Assembly (NCBI GenBank): GCA_029262315.1
Contig: JAJCZP010000108.1
Coordinates: 21,449-85,448 of the forward strand
Source of the DNA: Deltaproteobacteria bacterium
Lineage (GTDB): Bacteria; Desulfobacterota; Binatia; UTPRO1
DNA length: 64,000 bases
Reading direction: 5' to 3'
The notes below the pieces were generated by a model, which had not been told where the DNA came from, searched no databases, and worked only from the letters and a program-made list of their open reading frames with translations. Each line of letters begins with the position of its first letter. The first letter of the stretch is position 1. A program made the position numbers and the translations under genes. Positions 19,086 to 27,722 of this stretch are shown here, piece by piece.

Positions 19086-20032
19086 CCGAGTCAGCAGCCT
19101 CACGTGTCCTCACCTTCGATCTCGGGGGCACACGTCTCAAGAGCGGTATCGTCGAAGGCGGAACGGGAGTCGTGACTGGCTTCGAAGTGACGGAATCGGC
19201 ACCCGACGTCGAGTCGGCGCTGGCCGCGGTCGGCACCGTGGGCGACCGCCTACGCACGGCGACGACGGTCGACGCCGTCGGCCTCTGCCTCCCGGGCCTG
19301 CTGGCCGACGACGGCCGCGTCCTCGCTCTGCCCGGCAAGCTCGCTGGTATCGAGGGACGGAACATCTCCGACTGGCTCCGCCAGCGTTTCGGTCTGACAC
19401 CGACGGTGCGCAATGACGCGATCGCGTTCGGGGTTGGCGAGGCACGCTACGGCGCCGCCTGCGGACACGAGCGTGCCGTGGTGGTGACGATCGGAACCGG
19501 TATCGGCTGCTGCGTGCTTCAGCACGGCACGCCGATTGGTTCAGGGGCACTCGGTGGCGGCCTTCTCGGGGGACAGATTCCAATCGCGCCGGCCACGGGC
19601 GGGCCAGCAGATACGAGCGGGAGGCATGGTACGATCGAGGCGTTGTGTGCCGCGGCGCGCATCGTCGACCATGTACGCGCAGCGGGGGGATCCGCAACGT
19701 CCGTACCCGCCGTGTACACTGCCTGGCAAGCCGGGGAAGAGGCGGCGCGTCGTGGCATCGCCGCGTATCAGCGTGATCTCGCACGCGCGCTCGTGGCGCT
19801 CGCACACGCGCACACACCGTCGGTAGTCGTGCTCGGTGGTGGTCCAGCCCTCCCAGAGGCACCGCTTCTGGTCGGTCTCGAGGCGCAGGTGAACGCCGCA
19901 CTCTGGCCCGGGTACTCCGTCGCAGTCGTGCCGGCGATCCTCGGTGATCGCGCCGCGTTGGTGGGTCTCGCCGCGCTGGCCTGTTTGCCCGACGCACGCG
20001 ATCGGCCAGGCGCGACCGCACCCATCCAATGA
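19082..20032 (+). CDS. ROK family sugar kinase
   Basis: FDLGGT, G...PG, NDA.AF.VGE..YGA, TIGTGIG, GTIEA. Confidence 0.9.
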   Translation: MTESAASRVLTFDLGGTRLKSGIVEGGTGVVTGFEVTESAPDVESALAAVGTVGDRLRTATTVDAVGLCLPGLLADDGRVLALPGKLAGIEGRNISDWLRQRFGLTPTVRNDAIAFGVGEARYGAACGHERAVVVTIGTGIGCCVLQHGTPIGSGALGGGLLGGQIPIAPATGGPADTSGRHGTIEALCAAARIVDHVRAAGGSATSVPAVYTAWQAGEEAARRGIAAYQRDLARALVALAHAHTPSVVVLGGGPALPEAPLLVGLEAQVNAALWPGYSVAVVPAILGDRAALVGLAALACLPDARDRPGATAPIQ

Positions 20033-21786
20033 CGGCGCCAGCACATCGGACAGGACGGGCATCGAACTACGACAAGCACCCCGTTCTTCCCGGCGGCCCC
20101 GCCAGTGCGTGCACGGTTGGGTGGCCGGCGATTGCGGCGCGCCTCCTGGCCACCCAAGCTCGGGTCATCACGATCGAGGCGTACGACGGAATACGAGACG
20201 CCGACCTGCGGCAACTCGCGGGCATGTTGCAGGCTGCTCTCGTCGTTCGCGCCAGCGACGCCTTTCGTTCGGAAGACGCCATCGACAAGATGCTCCAAAA
20301 TACTCTCACCGACGATCCGGTCTTTGGGCGCATGACCGATCGCACGCTCGACGACCTGTTCGACCCCGCTTCCTTGGCCGTGATGCGAACGCGCGTGGCA
20401 GCAAGCTCTGGGCGAGTGGTTGTCTACGGCGTGGGCGCCACCTTGATCACTCCCGGCGACGTGTTGGTATACGCCGACCTTGCACGGTGGGAGATCCAAC
20501 AGCGCCAGCGGCGCGGTGAGGCAGCCAGCCTTGGAAGCACCCGCGTCGACGCGCGACCGGCCACCAAGTACAAGCGCGGCTACTTCGTCGACTGGCGCCT
20601 CTGCGACCGCCAGAAGCAGGCGCTGTTCGATCGCATCGACTTCCTGCTCGATACGACCTTGGACGGAGAACCACACCTCGTCGGCTGGAGCACGATCCGT
20701 CGCGCTCTACGAGTGGCGGCTCGTCGACCCCTACGCGTCGTCCCGTTCTTCGATCCCGCGCCGTGGGGTGGTCAGTGGATGAAGGAAGTGTGCGACCTCC
20801 CTCGCGCGACCGCGAACTATGGCTGGTGTTTCGACTGCGTCCCGGAGGAGAATGCCCTTCTGCTCGCGTTCGGCCGTCACCGCGTTGAGATTCCCGCCAT
20901 CGACCTGGTCTTCGCCGAGCCGGAAGCGCTCTTGGGGGCGCGAACGCGCGCGCGCTTTGGTGACGAGTTCCCCATTCGCTTCGACCTTCTCGACACCATG
21001 GGCGGTGGCAATCTGTCGCTACAGGTCCATCCAGAAGCGTCCTACATGCATACGCACTTCGGCGTGCCCTATACCCAGGACGAGTCGTACTATCTTCTCG
21101 ACGCGGAAAAGGACGCGAGCGTGTTCCTCGGCCTGCGTCCGCAGGTCGACCCCGCGGCGATGCTCTCCGATCTCCGCGCCGCTCAGGATGGCGGGCCAGC
21201 CTTCCCCGTGGAGCGATACGCCAACCGATTTCCAGCCGCCCGCCACGACCACTTCCTGATTCCCGCGGGCACTGTTCATGGCTCCGGTGCCGGCAGTCTG
21301 GTCCTCGAGATCAGCGCGACCCCGTTCATCTTTACGTTCAAGCTCTGGGATTGGAATCGGCTCGGCCTCGACGGTCGACCGCGGCCCGTCCATCTGGACC
21401 ACGGAGCGCGCAACATTCGGTTCGAACGTGACACTGCCTACGCTCGTCTCCAACTCATCAACAGGATCGTGCCCTTGGACGCGGGCGACGGTTGGACAGC
21501 GGAACGAACCGGCCTGCACGAAGCGGAGTTCATCGAGACGCACCGCCACTGGTTCCGGAAACGCGTCACACACGACACGCACGGTGAGGTGCAGGTACTG
21601 AATCTCGTCGCAGGCGATGAGGCCACTGTCGAATCGCCCGACGGAGCGTTCGCCCCTTTCGTCGTGCACTACGCCGAGACCTTCATCATCCCGGGCGCGG
21701 TGGGACCCTACACGCTGCGCCCCTCCGGCCCGCGATCCGGGACGCGTCACGGAACGATCAAAGCATTCGTTCGGTTCCCGTCCTGA
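20029..21786 (+). CDS. long-form class I mannose-6-phosphate isomerase-like protein
   Basis: PWGGQW, FPIRFDLLD, LSLQVHP, QDESYY, IPAGTVH, EIS, with a ~230-aa N-terminal extension. Confidence 0.85.
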   Translation: MTAPAHRTGRASNYDKHPVLPGGPASACTVGWPAIAARLLATQARVITIEAYDGIRDADLRQLAGMLQAALVVRASDAFRSEDAIDKMLQNTLTDDPVFGRMTDRTLDDLFDPASLAVMRTRVAASSGRVVVYGVGATLITPGDVLVYADLARWEIQQRQRRGEAASLGSTRVDARPATKYKRGYFVDWRLCDRQKQALFDRIDFLLDTTLDGEPHLVGWSTIRRALRVAARRPLRVVPFFDPAPWGGQWMKEVCDLPRATANYGWCFDCVPEENALLLAFGRHRVEIPAIDLVFAEPEALLGARTRARFGDEFPIRFDLLDTMGGGNLSLQVHPEASYMHTHFGVPYTQDESYYLLDAEKDASVFLGLRPQVDPAAMLSDLRAAQDGGPAFPVERYANRFPAARHDHFLIPAGTVHGSGAGSLVLEISATPFIFTFKLWDWNRLGLDGRPRPVHLDHGARNIRFERDTAYARLQLINRIVPLDAGDGWTAERTGLHEAEFIETHRHWFRKRVTHDTHGEVQVLNLVAGDEATVESPDGAFAPFVVHYAETFIIPGAVGPYTLRPSGPRSGTRHGTIKAFVRFPS

Positions 21787-21848
21787 GATCCCGCGCGGCA
21801 CCCCGCCGGAACATGCTCGCAGGTTCGGAATGTCAGCCCTACGGGGAT

Positions 21849-21864
21849 CTCGCAGTTCTGCGAA
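21849..21864. promoter_or_regulatory. palindromic operator CTCGCA-N4-TGCGAA
   Basis: Recurring motif ~40 bp upstream of a sigma-54 match. Confidence 0.6.
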
Positions 21865-21902
21865 AATCGGCGATCTTTCCCATGGCGGTCCGGCTTTCAA
21901 CG

Positions 21903-21918
21903 TGGCGCGCCTCTTGCA
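21903..21918 (+). promoter_or_regulatory. sigma-54 promoter (TGGCGCG-CCTC-TTGCA)
   Basis: One mismatch to consensus; followed by GGAGG SD and ATG 21944. Confidence 0.8.
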
Positions 21919-21943
21919 GCTTACCGTACAGGGAGGCCGTACG

Positions 21944-22948
21944 ATGATTGCAGTCGCTCGCAATGTAGACGTGGATTTCCAATCGACACCGGCCGCACCC
22001 CTCCCAGAGAACGAGTTGGTTGCCCGAGTGCTCGACGAGGTTGCGGATCTCCTCGCGACCCAGGAGGCGAAGCCCTACCGTTCCCAAGCCTTTCGCCGCG
22101 GCGCCGCCACGGTGCGTTCGCTCGACATGCCCGTCGCCGACGTGCTCGAGGCGCGTGGTAGCGAGGGGTTGGCGCGCCTCCCACACATCGGTGCGGGTTT
22201 GGCCCGCGCCATTGCCGAGTTCGTTTCGACCGGACGTCTACGCCGGCTCGAGTGGCTTCGGGGACACGTCGACACCGAGGCCCTGCTTACGACCATTCCT
22301 GGCGTCGGCCCGGCGCTGGCTCATCGCATCCACGAACACCTCGGAGTGCATAGTCTCGAGGAACTCGAGAGCGCGGCCCACGATGGCAGGCTCGCTCACC
22401 TCGCCGGCCTCGGCCCGCGACGGGTGCAGAGCCTCAAAGATTCGCTCGCACAACGCCTGCGGCGAGCACGCCTGCACGGACTCCGCCCCAGCGCGGCGCT
22501 GCCGATCGCGGAACTGCTCGACGTCGACCGCGAGTATCGCAGTCGTGCCGCAGCGGGCAACCTACACCTCGTCACACCTCGGCGATTCAATCCTCAGCAT
22601 CGGGCATGGCTACCGATACTCCACACCGAGCGCGGTGACCGTCGCTATACCGCCTTGTTCTCGAACACCGCGCGTGCGCACACGCTCAACAAGACGCACG
22701 ACTGGGTCATCATCTACGCCGAGGACGAGGGTGCGGACCGCCAGGCGACTGTGGTCACGGAGCGTAGCGGCCCACTCGAGGGTTCGCGTGTCGTCCGTGG
22801 CCGGGAGCGCGAATCGTTGCAGTACTATCGCACGGACGCAGCCGTGGCGGCCGAAACCGCACGCGCGCGGAAGGCCGCGGAGGCCATGCGGGCACAGCTC
22901 GAGCCAATGTTCCGCGCACACGCCGAGCGGGAGTCAGGTCTGCACTGA
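21944..22948 (+). CDS. helix-hairpin-helix protein with PolX-like N-terminus, no polymerase domain
   Basis: NE.VA..L.EVADLL..Q.A.PYR..AFR, HhH motifs LPHIG, IPGVGP, LAGLGP; C-terminal PRRFNP/ALFSNTARAH/VVRGRE domain. Confidence 0.82.
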   Translation: MIAVARNVDVDFQSTPAAPLPENELVARVLDEVADLLATQEAKPYRSQAFRRGAATVRSLDMPVADVLEARGSEGLARLPHIGAGLARAIAEFVSTGRLRRLEWLRGHVDTEALLTTIPGVGPALAHRIHEHLGVHSLEELESAAHDGRLAHLAGLGPRRVQSLKDSLAQRLRRARLHGLRPSAALPIAELLDVDREYRSRAAAGNLHLVTPRRFNPQHRAWLPILHTERGDRRYTALFSNTARAHTLNKTHDWVIIYAEDEGADRQATVVTERSGPLEGSRVVRGRERESLQYYRTDAAVAAETARARKAAEAMRAQLEPMFRAHAERESGLH

Positions 22949-23012
22949 GCAGCGCGCGTTGAACCTGCGCACGCCTTTCTCGTTGGCGGGATCGGCGTGA
23001 TAGCCTCGGGCC

Positions 23013-23636
23013 ATGTTCTCTATCTGGGGAGTAGGGACAGCCGCCAGCCCCTACCTGCCAAAGAGTCCCGAGCGCCGACTGCGCGTCGCCCCGGCCAGCC
23101 GAAGCCTTCCTGCCAGACAACACGTCGCCGGAGATGCGACCTCGGAGACGTCACAGCGTGGGGCCTCCGCCGGTGCGCCGCGTCACTCCAAGCACGCCGC
23201 AGCCTATGAAGCAGCAAGCGAGACGCATCCGAAGCGGCGTCCAGCAGCGACCGCCGCCGATTTGATGTCGGCTCCGGTCATCACCTTGGCATCCGAAGCG
23301 TCTCTCCGAACCGCCGTAGCGCTGTTCCGCGAGCATCGTTTCCGCCACGTGCCGGTATGCGAACCCTCCGGCATGCTCGTCGGTATCCTCTCGGATCGTG
23401 ACCTTCTGCGCGACGGCGTGCTAGCCGATTCCGCGCTGATTGCCGAGGTCATGACGACGCCGGTTCTTACTGCTCATCCCGAGACGGTGGTGCGGGAGAT
23501 CGCACGGGTGATGTTCGAAGAGCATCTCGGTGCGATTCCGATCGTTGACGTTGCTGGAGCCTTGGTGGGGATCATCACGCGAAGCGACATCCTCCGCGCG
23601 TTGATCAACCGCGCTCCGCTCGAACTCTGGGTGTAG
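23013..23636 (+). CDS. CBS-domain pair protein with N-terminal extension
   Basis: AADLMS.PV, FRHVPV..LVGILSDRD, GAIPIVD..LVGIITRSD. Confidence 0.88.
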   Translation: MFSIWGVGTAASPYLPKSPERRLRVAPASRSLPARQHVAGDATSETSQRGASAGAPRHSKHAAAYEAASETHPKRRPAATAADLMSAPVITLASEASLRTAVALFREHRFRHVPVCEPSGMLVGILSDRDLLRDGVLADSALIAEVMTTPVLTAHPETVVREIARVMFEEHLGAIPIVDVAGALVGIITRSDILRALINRAPLELWV

Positions 23637-23683
23637 CGATTCGAAAACGGAGGAATGAGCGATCACGACCCCGCGCGAGCACG

Positions 23684-25147
23684 CTAGCGACGGCCTGACC
23701 CAGTTCCGCCGCCCCCGGGGGTAGGCACTGGCGACGGTGACACGTTTTGCAACTGCGCGAACTCCTCCTCGACGGCGCCGACGAGATCGTGCAAGTCCGG
23801 CATCGCCTCCCAGTCGGCGTTCAGGCCCCAGTGCAATCCGCCATCGTAGCTGAACAGCGCGATACCGAGCGCCTGGCCGCCAAACAGCGGTACCAGAGGA
23901 TAGATTTCGACCATACGCGCCCCGAGCAGATACAGCGGGCACGGGGGGCCGGGAACGTTGGTCACGACCAGGTTGTAGGCGCGCTGATTGGCCGCGAACC
24001 GGACGAGCTGCACAATGAGTCCGGTGGCGACGCGATCGCCGATTTCCTCGATCAGTTCCGCTCCGTGCGCGACCCGCGAATGCTTCAAGCGCGCCGTCAC
24101 TTCGATCGTACGTTGCAATCGTCTCACAGGGGACGACTCCCCGATGGGAATTGGCGCCAGAAAGTTTACGACGCGATTGCCGGGCATGCCGCGTTCCTCG
24201 GACCCTCGAATGCTGACCGGCACCATGACGCGAAAGACGCTCTCGGGAGTCGCCCGGTGTCCCCGCCAGCCAAGAAAGCGGCGCACCGCCCCAGCGACGG
24301 TCGCCAGCACGACATCGTTCAAGGTTCCTCCAGCCGCCTTGCCGAGCGCGCGCGCTTCCGCGATGTCGAACCGTGTCCAGTCGTAGCGCCGATAGGGACC
24401 GATGTCCGCGTTGAGCGGCGTATCGGTCGTACCCGAGAAGCCGGCGGCCATGGTTTCGCCCACGCTGAGGACGGATTCCCGAACCGAGTTCGCGACTTCG
24501 ATCGGCCGACTGAGTGCTCGGGGCACCGCGCAGGCCACGTCGAACGGTAGCGACGCGCGACGCCAGATCTCGTCGCCAAGTAGACGACTCCGACTGGGTT
24601 GCGGCTGCGGAATCCAGGGATGCTTCGGCGGCATTGCGGTCCCGGGTTCCAGTCGGAGGATGGCGGCCAGGATGTCGATGCCCGCGATGCCGTCGACCAT
24701 GCAGTGGTGCGCCTTCAAGACGAGCGCGAAGCGTCCGTTTCGCAGTCCTTCGACGACCCACATCTCCCAGAGGGGCTTGCCGCGATCGAGTTTCTGCGAG
24801 AAGAGTCGCGCCGCCATGCGCTTCAACTGACGGACGTCTCCAGGCGGCGGCAGTGCGGTATGGCGCACGTGGTAGCGCAGGTTGAACCGGGGATCGTCGA
24901 CCCAGACCGGGTGTTCGAAGCGCGGAATCCACGCGAGCTTCTGACGGAACCGCGGGGCATCATGCAGCGCGAGATCGATGAACGTCCGAATGCGTTCGGT
25001 GTCGATTGCGCCCGCCTCGGTCCGCAACGACTCGCCTTCGAAGATCGCCACGGCACCGACATGCATGTGCACGCTCGCGTCCTCGATCGCTAGGAACGCC
25101 GCATCGGTTGCCGATAGTCGGTCGTATCTCCGGTAGGCCATTGCCAT
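23684..25147 (-). CDS. wax ester synthase/diacylglycerol acyltransferase (WS/DGAT)
   Basis: LS.TDAAFL, MHVG, LDR.KPLWE, catalytic HHCMVDG, TLNDVVLA, TNVPGP. Confidence 0.93.
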   Translation of the reverse strand: MAMAYRRYDRLSATDAAFLAIEDASVHMHVGAVAIFEGESLRTEAGAIDTERIRTFIDLALHDAPRFRQKLAWIPRFEHPVWVDDPRFNLRYHVRHTALPPPGDVRQLKRMAARLFSQKLDRGKPLWEMWVVEGLRNGRFALVLKAHHCMVDGIAGIDILAAILRLEPGTAMPPKHPWIPQPQPSRSRLLGDEIWRRASLPFDVACAVPRALSRPIEVANSVRESVLSVGETMAAGFSGTTDTPLNADIGPYRRYDWTRFDIAEARALGKAAGGTLNDVVLATVAGAVRRFLGWRGHRATPESVFRVMVPVSIRGSEERGMPGNRVVNFLAPIPIGESSPVRRLQRTIEVTARLKHSRVAHGAELIEEIGDRVATGLIVQLVRFAANQRAYNLVVTNVPGPPCPLYLLGARMVEIYPLVPLFGGQALGIALFSYDGGLHWGLNADWEAMPDLHDLVGAVEEEFAQLQNVSPSPVPTPGGGGTGSGRR

Positions 25148-25227
25148 CCGCTCGATCGCGCGTGTTCAGCGCGTGATGTGCGACTTCCTTCCGGAACGCG
25201 AGCGACGCCTCCCCGAAGGTCGGGCGA

Positions 25228-26085
25228 TCATCGACGGGGTTCCGTGGGCGAGTCCGACTCGCGACTTCCCGACAGCCAACGGGAGAACGACATGCCCCAG
25301 TGCAGGACCGAGTCTGTGAGGCCGGGCGTCAGGGCCGCTAGCTTTTCGAGCGTGGCCGCGCCGGGCGGCACGGCTAGCTCGACGAGACGGAAGCGCACCG
25401 CGGCGAAAATCGCCCAGACTACCCAGGCCGGCGACATGTCGAACATCGCAGGCCAAAGGGAGCGCACGACCTCGCTCTGGGTTGCCTGTTCGGCCATCGG
25501 GGTATCGACGACTCCCGGCATGATGAGCGCGACGTGCACGCGGCTATCGTGCAACTCGGTGCGCAGCGCCTCGGTCAAGCCCACGAGTGCGAACTTCGTC
25601 GCCGCGTAGCCGCCGAGGGGGCTGACCCCACGGCGCCCCGCGAGTGAGTCGACGTTTACGACGACACCGCCGTCGGGCTGCGTTTGCATGATGGCGACCG
25701 CGTCCTGCATGACCGCCAGCGCGCCGAAGACGTTTACCGCCAACATCGCGTGCAGGTCTCCGGCCTCGAGATCGAGCACGGTCGCGGGAATCAGGACGCC
25801 AGCGTTGTTGACGACGATGTCGATACGCCCATAGTGGCGTTGCACTTCGTGAAGCGCGGCCCGTACCTCGGCACGGTCGGTTACATCGACGGGAACGACC
25901 AACGCATCGCCGCCGCGTTCTCTGATCGTCGTCGCAACGTCATCGAGTACTTCACGTCGGCGTGCGAGCAGGGCCACCCGTGCACCGGCGGCACCGAACG
26001 CCTGTGCCGTCTCACGCCCGATTCCACTGGAGGCGCCTGTGACAGCAACCACCTTTCCGGCGAAGAATCCATCGAGCCATGCCAT
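25228..26085 (-). CDS. short-chain dehydrogenase/reductase
   Basis: TGASSGIG, NNAG, YAATK. Alternative start at 26121. Confidence 0.9.
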   Translation of the reverse strand: MAWLDGFFAGKVVAVTGASSGIGRETAQAFGAAGARVALLARRREVLDDVATTIRERGGDALVVPVDVTDRAEVRAALHEVQRHYGRIDIVVNNAGVLIPATVLDLEAGDLHAMLAVNVFGALAVMQDAVAIMQTQPDGGVVVNVDSLAGRRGVSPLGGYAATKFALVGLTEALRTELHDSRVHVALIMPGVVDTPMAEQATQSEVVRSLWPAMFDMSPAWVVWAIFAAVRFRLVELAVPPGAATLEKLAALTPGLTDSVLHWGMSFSRWLSGSRESDSPTEPRR

Positions 26086-26159
26086 CGTAGGATCGGTCCC
26101 TTCAGCCGTTGTCGATCTCATTCGGTGGTGGTCGGACGCGCGTGTCGAGAGTCGCCAGT

Positions 26160-26179
26160 ATGATCGCCGCGGCGATCAT
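26160..26179. repeat. perfect 20-bp palindrome ATGATCGCCG-CGGCGATCAT overlapping CBS stop
   Basis: Read directly; possible hairpin or terminator, but no U-tract. Confidence 0.35.
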
Positions 26180-26649
26180 TCCGGGCTCGTGTCGTCGCCC
26201 GGTGTCCGCTCGACGAGCGCTAGCGCGATAAAGTCACTTTCGGTCACGATGCCCACGAGTTTTCCCGCGTCGACCACCGGGAGGCAGCCGATCTGGTGCT
26301 GCAACATGAGGGCGGCCGCCGTTGCAACAGGAGCGTCGGGGCGGATCGTGGTCACGTCGGTCGTCATGACCTCCTTGATCGCGAGGCTCGCCATCATCTT
26401 GTCCTGCGCAACCGTTCCGTAGCCGAGAGCCTTGGCGAGCGCCCCCCGAAACATGTCGCGTTGACTGAGGATGCCGACGACCGCACCGTCCTCGTCCAAG
26501 ACGGGCAGGTGCCGAAAACGCTTCTGTGTCATAACCTGGTCGGCAAGCGAGAGTTCGTCGTTTCGTCCGAGCGTCTGGACCGCAGGAGCCATGAGGTCAC
26601 GCACACGCATCCCGATCTTCTGTTCGTTCATCGCCGCATGGGCAGTCAT
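26176..26649 (-). CDS. CBS-domain pair protein
   Basis: VRDLM, FRHLPVLD..VVGILSQRD, IGCLPVVD..LVGIVTESD. ATGA overlap with the hemerythrin gene. Confidence 0.92.
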   Translation of the reverse strand: MTAHAAMNEQKIGMRVRDLMAPAVQTLGRNDELSLADQVMTQKRFRHLPVLDEDGAVVGILSQRDMFRGALAKALGYGTVAQDKMMASLAIKEVMTTDVTTIRPDAPVATAAALMLQHQIGCLPVVDAGKLVGIVTESDFIALALVERTPGDDTSPE

Positions 26650-27227
26650 GCTTCCCTCCTGAGGTGGCTCGCGAGCGCGAGCAAGCGGTCGTACCCGTCT
26701 TCGCCGTCCGCGGCGTGTCGATGCAGCAAGAAGCGATGCACGACATCGCGTTCGTCTTCCTCCGAAAGCTCCCTTTCGACCATCGGAAACAAGTAGCGAG
26801 CCTCCTGCTCCATGTGCGCGTTGAGATGCGCACAATAGGCCCGGGCAGCTTGCCGAAAGCGGGCGGCAACGTCCGGATCGTCTGAGGCGAGTTCGGGCAG
26901 AAGGTTGGCAATCGCGTCGAGCAACGCTGCCTCCTCCCGATGTTCCTCGATAGTGTTCTGGAGCGACGGCTCCGACGATGCTAGTCCCTGGCGCTCGAGG
27001 GCCGCGAGCAGGACGATGTTCTCCTTGGCATGGTGCTGAGCTGCGAACGACCGCAAAAACACGAGGGCGTCTCGCCAGACGTCTCGATCGACCTGGGCGG
27101 TCTTGTCGAGTCCATGCTCGAGGGTCTTGACGACATCCAGGATCAAGTCGTGCTCTGCGCTGAGGATCTCTGTAGGGGTCGCGCTCGCGCGACGGGGGCG
27201 TCGTCCCAGCGACTTTCCGGTCTCCAT
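26646..27227 (-). CDS. hemerythrin HHE-domain protein
   Basis: LSAEH, HHAKEN, EEH, HLNAHMEQE..LFP. Confidence 0.85.
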   Translation of the reverse strand: METGKSLGRRPRRASATPTEILSAEHDLILDVVKTLEHGLDKTAQVDRDVWRDALVFLRSFAAQHHAKENIVLLAALERQGLASSEPSLQNTIEEHREEAALLDAIANLLPELASDDPDVAARFRQAARAYCAHLNAHMEQEARYLFPMVERELSEEDERDVVHRFLLHRHAADGEDGYDRLLALASHLRREA

Positions 27228-27241
27228 AGCCGTCTAGCCAG

Positions 27242-27257
27242 TGCAGGAACCGTTCCA
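27242..27257 (-). promoter_or_regulatory. sigma-54 promoter (TGGAACG-GTTC-CTGCA)
   Basis: GG-N10-GC on the minus strand, 15 nt from the hemerythrin ATG. Confidence 0.68.
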
Positions 27258-27310
27258 CCGGCCGCTAACTACGGGTTGTCGCGGAAATGCGGAGGCGTCG
27301 ACACTCCACT

Positions 27311-27326
27311 CTCCCATTTCTGGGAA
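27311..27326. promoter_or_regulatory. palindromic operator CTCCCA-N4-TGGGAA
   Basis: Recurring motif ~54 bp upstream of a sigma-54 match. Confidence 0.65.
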
Positions 27327-27361
27327 TCGTGACTTCGGGGCGCGCTCGCGACTATGCGACG

Positions 27362-27718
27362 CTAGCGCACCAGCCGGTGGATTTGCTGGTGCAGGTGATC
27401 GTAGTCGATGGGCTTGCTGAGCGTGTGCACGAAGTCGCGCCCTCGGTCGTCCGGCTCGGCGAAGCGCCCCCCGAGGTAGACACTCACCAGCAGAACGGGG
27501 AGCCGTGGATGTACGCGGTGGAAGCGATTGGCGAGTGCGATGCCGTGCTCCCCCGGCAGCAGATACTCGACAATGACCATTTCGACGTGGCGCAGATCTT
27601 CGAGCGGCGGTACATCTGCAGGCCTTGCGAAATCGAGAACCTGGTGCCCGTCGTCGCGCAGCATCTGAGCTAGACCAGTTCGGAACGGATCGTCGAAGTC
27701 GACGAGGACAATCGGCAT
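27362..27718 (-). CDS. single-domain response regulator, atypical (Asp acceptor replaced by Glu)
   Basis: IVLVDFDD, MVIVEYLLPGEHG, PVLLVS, LSKPID. Confidence 0.8.
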   Translation of the reverse strand: MPIVLVDFDDPFRTGLAQMLRDDGHQVLDFARPADVPPLEDLRHVEMVIVEYLLPGEHGIALANRFHRVHPRLPVLLVSVYLGGRFAEPDDRGRDFVHTLSKPIDYDHLHQQIHRLVR

Positions 27719-27722
27719 CTTG

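Noticed and set aside
21944-22948. DNA polymerase X assignment
   Set aside because: There are no palm catalytic aspartates and no PHP domain.
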